From the NCBI RefSeq assembly GCF_001186125.1, contig NW_014040172.1:34842-67383 (forward strand): 32,542 nucleotides of DNA, in the 5' to 3' direction. The stretch comes from Sphaeroforma arctica JP610. Taxonomy: Eukaryota. The translations under genes were made by a program, and so were the position numbers. Positions 24,999-32,542 of the stretch are shown piece by piece (position 1 is the first letter of the stretch; each line of letters opens with the position of its first letter). The notes beneath the pieces are model-generated. The model had not been told where the DNA came from and searched no databases. It was given only the letters and a program-made list of their open reading frames with translations.

Positions 24999-25303
24999 AA
25001 GACTGTGTGTAATCTGACTCTGCCGGGTACGAACACGCATCGACGTGGGGTCGCTCGTCATAATACCCACCCTATTATTAAGATTCCGTTATGAGAACAT
25101 GTGCGCTGTAAAATTACAGCGAACTTGTCAATAAAAAACAAATGATTCTGCTGCCAACAACAGTGACAGCTTGTATAAAACCTACCGCACCACTGATTTA
25201 TGTGTTAACGAGCAAATCGGTAATCGAAATATCCATTTGTGTTTATTTCATCTATATACTGTACCTAGACTGCGAACTTGTGAAGCAGTAGTTTTCTCAG
25301 AAC
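24999..25303 (+). repeat. ~300-bp direct repeat, copy 1 (upstream of the SOD-like gene)
   Basis: Shares collinear blocks AATCTGACTC, GTGGGGT.GCTCGT, AACAGTGACAGCTTGT, TTAACGAG, CATCTATATA, CCTAGACT and GAAGCAGTAGTTTTCTCA with 26953-27269. Confidence 0.85.
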
Positions 25304-25900
25304 GAACAGGCCAACAATAAAACTTCTGCTCTATAACCGCTTCATTAATTGTACAATAACATGATTCTCATTTATGGGTTTCTTAAGTCTGTAATATGGT
25401 ATTCGCACTATTACACCCGACACAGGCTGCTTCAGCTAAAACAATATATACAATAGGATCATCTTCAACTTTCGATTTACACTCAGAATTGTTACAAATA
25501 CATACCGAATTCACGACGAATACAAATCGACCTACACAAAGTTTGACGCGGAAAGGTCTAGAACGATATGTTTACATGTGTAGCTGTGTATTAGCATTGA
25601 ACACGGATCAACAATCTGAAATAGGATCAACAATCTTAGATTTGCGAGCAAATGCAGAATGTGTTCAGGAGCAATCGTGGACCAATGATGAACCAATGCC
25701 ATGGGAATAGCTCAAGTTGTTGATAAATTTACAATAACAATGTTATCAGTTGTGTAGAGTCAAATAATCATATTGTGCCATACCTCAATTGACAATTAGA
25801 ACAATTGTGCCTTTTGTGGATGATGGATCCGACAATGTCAACTTCACAACGTGACAAAATATCAGAAACAAGGTTAGATAGAGACGCTGAGATAGACAGC

Positions 25901-25907
25901 TATAAAA
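25901..25907 (+). promoter_or_regulatory. TATA box candidate of the SOD-like gene
   Basis: TATAAAA starts 65 bp upstream of the ATG at 25966. An AATAAA lies downstream of the gene at 26733-26738. Confidence 0.55.
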
Positions 25908-25965
25908 GGTATTACATATTAATTGTTCTCATCAGAAAACACTGCACACCACAACAACAGTAAAT

Positions 25966-26684
25966 ATGAAACTCACAGCTACCATTGCCGCCGCAGCGAT
26001 AATTGCCACTGCACAGGCCACCCACAAACTCACGATGAACGTTGATAATAGTGCCGCAAAAGAAACTACTACGTTCAAGGATCAGGGAGCCAGTGTCGAG
26101 TGGGCTGTCAAAATGCAAATATTTAACGCCGACAGCGACTTGTACAAAGCTTGCAGAGACGGTGACTACATCAATATGAACTAGCACATTCACGTAGGCA
26201 AGCCCTTTGGAGGACAGGGGGTAGGCGCGGAGTGTGGTGCCAAGGCCGGCAGCCCCCCTGTGGGAGGACATTATGATCCTACCTTTGCCTGTGGACCGGC
26301 CACTGATGAAGTAAAGGCCTGTGCTGCCATTGATCGCAGCGTGGGCAGCGATGACTTTGTCTACACATGTAGCCCTGATGAGTACGAGAAAACCCGTATG
26401 CTTATGAAGTTGGGGACTATTCTGGTAAGTATGGTGCACTCAAGTTTAAGATTGATAAGCACAACAAGAACATTGCTAGAGTAGTCGCCAGTGATATTGA
26501 TGAGTACGGACCGCAGCTGGAGTTGCTTGAGGGCAGAGCCGTTACATTCCATTGTGGATCACCCAGAATTTTCTGCGGAACCCTCTCCACCGCGACCACT
26601 GGCCACTCGAGGAACAATCACAAGAACCAAAATAAGCATCGAAACCACAACGGCGGCAAGAACCACAAGAATCGCAACGATTAA
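25966..26684 (+). pseudogene. Secreted Cu/Zn-SOD-fold protein of Cu-only (SOD5-like) type; intronless, with one in-frame stop and one frameshift
   Basis: Signal peptide MKLTATIAAAAIIATAQA. The frame reads MN*HIH (TAG 26182-26184, plausibly from TGG), then CGAKAGSPPVGGHYDPTFACG. After restoring one A at 26389-26392 it reads NPYAYEVGDYSGKYG...LEGRAVTFHCGSPRIFCG, then an N/H/K-rich tail ending at TAA 26682-26684. Confidence 0.8.
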
Positions 26685-26952
26685 GTTGTTGAATACTTCA
26701 TAAACAAAACTTTAATAATATAGCCAGGTTTGAATAAACAATGATAAGTGCTAGTGTGATCAGCTGACTGCCTCAAGAGTCAGAGTACACTTGAGGCAAA
26801 CCGCGATATTAAAGTGTTAAAGTTATATCTCATAAACCCGAAAATCGGGACTTCTCCTACATTGCCTATATTACCTTAGCGTAACATATAATTTGTCCTC
26901 TTGATAGAATACACCTAATAAGAAATATATTATATCATACCGATCCCGTGTC

Positions 26953-27269
26953 AAGACTATTTGCAATCTGACTCAGCCGTAAATGACTCGATGTGAACAC
27001 GTGTCGAGGTGGGGTAGCTCGTTATAGTACTCACACTAATAATTAAATTCAGTTACACACGCATGTACGCTGTACCAAGACTTCGGTCTATCTGAAACAC
27101 TTGATTGTGCTGCTCGTAACAGTGACAGCTTGTGTAATTTACCTCCCCACTAATTACTGTTTTAACGAGTAATTCGGCAATTGAGATATTCATTTTTGTT
27201 TCAATTCCATCTATATATTGGGCCTAGACTCAAGACTGTGAACTTACGAAGCAGTAGTTTTCTCAAAAC
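26953..27269 (+). repeat. ~300-bp direct repeat, copy 2
   Basis: Diverged collinear copy of 24999-25303. Confidence 0.85.
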
Positions 27270-27270
27270 A

Positions 27271-27322
27271 TAAGTATCGAAACCGCAACGGCAGCAAGAA
27301 CCACAAGAATCGCAACTACTAG
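27271..27322 (+). pseudogene. Remnant 3' end of a second SOD-like gene copy
   Basis: TAAGTATCGAAACCGCAACGGCAGCAAGAACCACAAGAATCGCAAC closely matches 26633-26678 and is fused directly to repeat copy 2. Confidence 0.75.
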
Positions 27323-28418
27323 ATTGTTTCAGAGTTTGGAAATTTCGCAAATAAAATTCAATCTATGGTAGAATCTAGGGTATGCGTCAAGTCACGCCTG
27401 GACATAGCTGGGTAACTGAGTTATTTAGTCACACCTATTCAACAGCCAAAGAGTTTAAACTATTATGCCAAAGAATGCACAGATGAGTAGCACAGATGCT
27501 TTGTCACTAACAGGGGGGTGGCACATTACGGTCACGAACTACAATAAAAAATCTCATTAGCTATACATGACTTTTAAATGGAATTATTTCCAAAATAAGT
27601 TCCATAAAGACATTGACCATCGAGCAGGGGCGGTATCAAGCATTTATTTATTGTCACAGTAGTACAACAATACATTGGTATTCGATCAGAAACCGTAGGC
27701 CAGGAGTACCGATGTCTTCGTTGCATCACGGTAGTGGCATTCATGGATCGACCGTAGAGACGTCTGATGGCCGTCGCACAGCCAAAGGGTACATCTCATT
27801 GTGCGGTGGCCAGGCATACTTCGGTAAAACCTGCATGTGCGTGGAGAGAATAAATTAAAGACCTAAAACTGACAGTATATTATGTACCGTACGATATGGG
27901 CGATGTAGTTTCGCTATTCGTATGACAATCTAACAATTGACGACTCTGAATGGGGGTTGAGCCAAATTCTGCCCAGGTGACATGACAATATGTATCGAAG
28001 CCTATATTGAAGGAAGTGTAAAATCGGTAGTCGTGAATCAGTCCTACAAGTGACTTCCAATGGGCTGTAGTTGCATGCCATGGGCCACACAACATGCTCT
28101 GGACAGCGCCCACTAATGTGATGTTCGACCCTACTTCAACGTCCAGGTGGTACATAGTGTGTAATTTGCCATAGACAACATCTGCACGGATGACGTAGTC
28201 TGTAACAGCCTCACAAGCGTCCCATAATGATATGCATGCACTCCATCATACGTGCGATACGGCGTGCATACAAGTCTCATATAAGCGAATAAGAAATGTA
28301 TGTCTGAACGACTTGTGCGTATGCGAAATTTTGCATCACCAGTGGTGAGGCATCAAATTAATTGAAGACACGCCGACAAGTTCACCTTAAAATCGGCCAT
28401 CCTGCGTGAAGTGTGCTT

Positions 28419-30419
28419 TTAGAAGCCGCAACCCGACATTATCGAGCGTTCCAATAAGCACAGAAAATTGCCTTGACAGCGGATCGATAGACCTACCAAT
28501 GATTTAGGTGCCAAAAAGCTCATAAGTTTCCTGTGCGATTCCACTTCTATACTCTTATGGTGGCCCATATCTTCTCCGTCTACATTTATTTTCCCACCAG
28601 CCTCTGGCAATGTTGTGTACTCGAACTTTAAAGCTTTGACCTTGTGAAACTGTATTAAAAGCAGAGAGGTATTTTTTTTTAATTTGTCAAGCAGTCGAAT
28701 AATGATAAAGCAAAAAATGTATCGCTACATACAAATGCTAAACCCGTATGTTGACTAAAATGTGCCACACTAAAATCAACAAGTTTTATTTTACAATACG
28801 AATATATACTACTGGATATTTATAGAAGCACATACGAAAACGCACTATTCAGAGCTACTGCGCATACTTTGTAGTCGTCGGGATGGTTGGCCGCGTAGGG
28901 CTCTCGTTCTGCCAAGAGCATCGCTTGTAACTCAGGCCTGCCCTTGTTACTGTATATAAGGTCCAAGCCGCCATCGTCATTGGACGCAAAGGGACTGGCC
29001 CAGCCGTCCATGCTGATCCATGGTACATTCATCAGTAATATTGTGGTGAAATCCATTACCTCTGTTGTCCAGTCCGCTGTCAGCTCTGAAAGTAACATGC
29101 CGGTGTGGGGGGGGTTCGATTAGTATAGGATCGCGATAAAATCATTTTAATGTTTGGATCCCTTAATAACTATGTGGGATCTTCGTACCTTGCTGCTAGC
29201 AAGGGCAGAGTGCAAAACTGCGTCAGTAATAGATAAGCCATGTCTGGTGTTTGAGAGATGGTGCCCATACAGATACACGAACTTCTATGGGGAGGAGCGT
29301 CGCCAGAGATGAGGGCAGATGAAACAGAACAGTGCTTGACATCGTTTCATGCCCGGATGACGTGGTCGGTTATTGCGTAAGCGTATGGAAAACTAGAGAG
29401 TCCATATACTCAAATTGGATACCATGACAGAGCGGAACACGCTTTTACGATGCAGTATACTACCAAATACCACAGGAAGATACTGTGCTGAAACCTCTCC
29501 AAAGAGCTGGTATATAGAACGATACGTGCTTGCGGAATTAACCAGACTTTGGCTGAATGTCAACATGGATTTATCTTTTCGCTGGGAACTTTCCTTGCAC
29601 TCCGATCTCCTCCCACGGGTTGTCTATACTGCAACACGGGTAGATTTTCACTGCTCATCGCCAGGTACGTTTACCCTGTTTCTTCTACTTCTGCTGCGGA
29701 CTGGCTGGCATCCAGCACTACTACACGACAACTCTCGATCATATTCACTACAGAACTGTGTCTACAAACAAGGACAATATAGACACATGCAACCATTCCA
29801 ATCTACAACACAAGATACCGCCTACTTGTTCGTGATATGGTGTCTTGACCTACTACAATATCAGGACCATATGCATCGTGAAAAGCCGACAATACCTTTG
29901 CCCGCAAAGTGCCGTTTGGGTCCGTAACCCTGTGCCTCGTCCGTCGTATTACCCGCGACATCATTACTTGTCTTTTCAATTGGTAGCCTGTACAAACCCA
30001 TAATATTAAAGATGAACAACCGAGCAGTGTCAATCGAGCAGTGCTAAAATTCAAAGTAAGTGCGACTGCAGGTTTTAGAGTGCAATCAATAATAGAAACC
30101 TGCAATATCCAGTTCGCAATTTGAAAACCAATATAACGTATTTAAGCTGGTACAGAGTAGAGTGCAATCGGTTCATAGCCTTCGCTACCCAATTCAAAAA
30201 ATTCGAATCATCGTCCTCACTCGATTACAATCCGTTACGACTTTGTACCATCCAATCCAGTGAACTACTGGAGGGCTACCACGACTTCGTACAGTAATCC
30301 CATTGCGAATATCGACACAGACAAACAAGTTCGTGATACGAGAATTATTTTAAAGATCAGCTCGTTTCCGACGATTATAGACTGGAAAGCACTAAGGATG
30401 CACAGACACGCACACACAC

Positions 30420-30451
<32 letters not shown>

Positions 30452-30536
30452 AACACACTCACACACACACACACACACAGATATATATATATAATAATAT
30501 GTATAGTAATAATACATATATACATACATACTACAT

Positions 30537-30573
<37 letters not shown>

Positions 30574-32370
30574 CAGCGCGAACGACCACCAGGACATATA
30601 TATATATATATATTTATATATATAACAGCGCGAACGACCCACCAGGACATGGTGCAATTCTCCCTCCTCAGCGAAAGTAATCTGACTATACACCAGAGCG
30701 TCAGGCGAATTTCTCCCATCCACCTGACACATTCGGATTCTAAATCAATATCGCTCAACAAACCTAAGAAGACTTCTAAATGGCCATAGTTCACACCATC
30801 TGCCGTTGTGACAGAGAATATGTCCATGGGAATTTTGTTACCTGTCGATATCGGAGAGAAGTTGCAACGGATAGAGCTCAGTGAGTGTGAGAATTCCAAA
30901 ATATCACCAACCTATAGATGGCAGTGCATCAAGCTTCCTGTTCATAAGAATTAGGCCAATTGTCGATGTATTGTAGTCGGCTCTAAAATAGTGTGAACAC
31001 CATAATAAGACCCTTCATGCATTAATTCGCTCTACTAGACAGGATATATACACATGCCGCACTGACCGTATAAATGACACACAGCAGCAAATACGGCTCC
31101 TCGAATGGCCATTGTACTGCGTCCATAGCGAGAACGCTTTAGGCGACACGCAACAGAACGCGAGCTCCTTGCGTAGAGTTCGACGTGAGACGGCAAGTCT
31201 CATTCGAAGAAATATGATTAAGCAAACGATACTATACATTTGTCACGTATTGTTTTAGCAACAGCTCATAGATGGCCCGCTCACCTATGCTTCATAATGT
31301 AGGTGAATAAACTACACGGATACGCTCCAAATTACCTTTTGAAGCGCTGGAAACCCCCACGCTATCTATGGCAATCCGCCGAATAAATAAAAACTGCACG
31401 GATCTGACCAACAGAGAGATAGCAGACTGCTAGATAACTTTACTCTCGTCATCTAGTGGACCCCTGAGTATAGGTATACTATCATATTGAGCTATTCTGA
31501 TTTAAACTTTGCACCGGACGAGTATCTTCGCTGCTTAAATATTACCCTAAAGTTTATAGCAGCAATCGTAATCAAGTGATCTGCTGCTTTATACAATTGG
31601 TAGATGCGGTTTCTGCTCGCCAACAGTCAATCAAATTGATCATGGCTATAAACGTCTGGGCAATTATCTGGAAACCCAATACAAGCACGATATGTTTGTA
31701 TAGTAAGACTATGTACTTACTTTTGATCAGAGTGAGTGCGGCAACATTCGTGTTCATGATCTCCAGCGACCTGTGCATGGCATTCCCCGTACCTGAGTAA
31801 AGCATCGTGTAGGTACAGCATTCAGATACATCATGGCGCGTGATGTTGGCGAAGTATGTCGGGGTTACGGGATTACACAAACCCGAGCACGACCTTATAC
31901 GAGTCTGTAGAGATCTGAAACGAACTCCCAGTGTACTTCACCTGCAGGACAATCTTCTTCTTGCGAAACCGACCAGTGACTATGTAAATGCAAACGAGTG
32001 CGACACAAGAATAAATGTACATGAACGCATTTTACAAACACATAGGCAAAGATTATCACGCGTACAAGTTCCAAACGGAGTCCCGAGTTACGCCTCAGCT
32101 ATGATCTGATCTTTCAATACATGACCACTTAATACACACATACACACGAGCTAAACACGAACACATTAATTAAATTATGCACGTATACCCACATACCTCC
32201 AGGGACGATTCCAATAGGCATTTTCCTGGCCTCAGCCCAGTCTTTCCTCTTGAGTAACCCGTTCACAACTTCATGTACCAGCCCATCTCCACTCACGCAA
32301 ACAACACCATCGTACAGGGACAGGTCCATAGTGTGCACTTTCTCATATGCATGAAGAGCCTTTTCCGTGA
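28419..32370 (-). CDS. SPHK: Sphingosine kinase (DAGK catalytic family), last six exons; 5' part lies beyond the window
   Basis: Exons 32370-32197, 31792-31721, 30841-30643, 29987-29896, 29085-28868 and 28649-28419, phase-consistent. Motifs: TEKALHA, YDGVVCVSGDGLVHEVVNGLLKRKDW, PIGIVPGGTGNAM, GLLSDIDLESECVRWMGEIR, DDGGLDL and INVDGE. Confidence 0.93.
30400..30650. repeat. (TA)n/(CA)n microsatellite containing a short duplication of a sphingosine kinase donor junction
   Basis: TATAACAGCGCGAACGACC(C)ACCAGGACAT occurs twice, at ~30569-30597 and 30621-30650, separated by TA repeats. Confidence 0.9.
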
Positions 32371-32542
32371 CTGCGGCGGAAGATCCAAGTTGGAGTCGAA
32401 CGAGTTAGTTCTAAAGCATGTATGAGTCCATTATTGCCCAAGCCAGTAGAGAAGAAGTTCTATATCTATGTCTAAATCTAAATCTAAATCTACATCTATA
32501 TATATATATGTACAAATATATATATATAATAAAAATGAAATA

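Noticed and set aside
26182..26184. In-frame TAG as readthrough or a non-standard genetic code
   Set aside because: The same gene also has a frameshift, and the neighbouring gene models have no internal TAG. A TGG-to-TAG substitution or sequencing error is simpler.
29415..29927. 170-aa plus-strand ORF
   Set aside because: It is antisense to a sphingosine kinase intron and exon, has a non-ATG start in the track, and shows no recognisable domain.

Overview
Eukaryotic, intron-rich genomic DNA with GT-AG introns, long (TA)n/(CA)n microsatellites and one 20-N gap. The style is compatible with a unicellular holozoan such as an ichthyosporean, but that is inference only. From left to right: (1) the 3' end of a decayed Ty3/Gypsy LTR retrotransposon (integrase, chromodomain-like tail, polypurine tract, 731-bp LTR), directly abutting (2) a decayed Ty1/Copia-type element on the minus strand (candidate LTR, half-tRNA-iMet-type primer binding site, broken gag). 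(3) A 12-exon, ~1832-aa pentatricopeptide-repeat (PPR) gene on the minus strand lies head-to-head with (4) a 4-exon cyclin L gene. (5) An intronless, secreted Cu-only (SOD5-like) superoxide dismutase carries one stop and one frameshift, and sits between ~300-bp direct repeats with a remnant of a second copy. (6) The last six exons of a sphingosine kinase gene end the window. Exon models were read by hand, and splice phases are consistent throughout. The main unexplained patterns are recurrent short tandem duplications spanning exon/5'-splice-site junctions and the Cu-only SOD locus.
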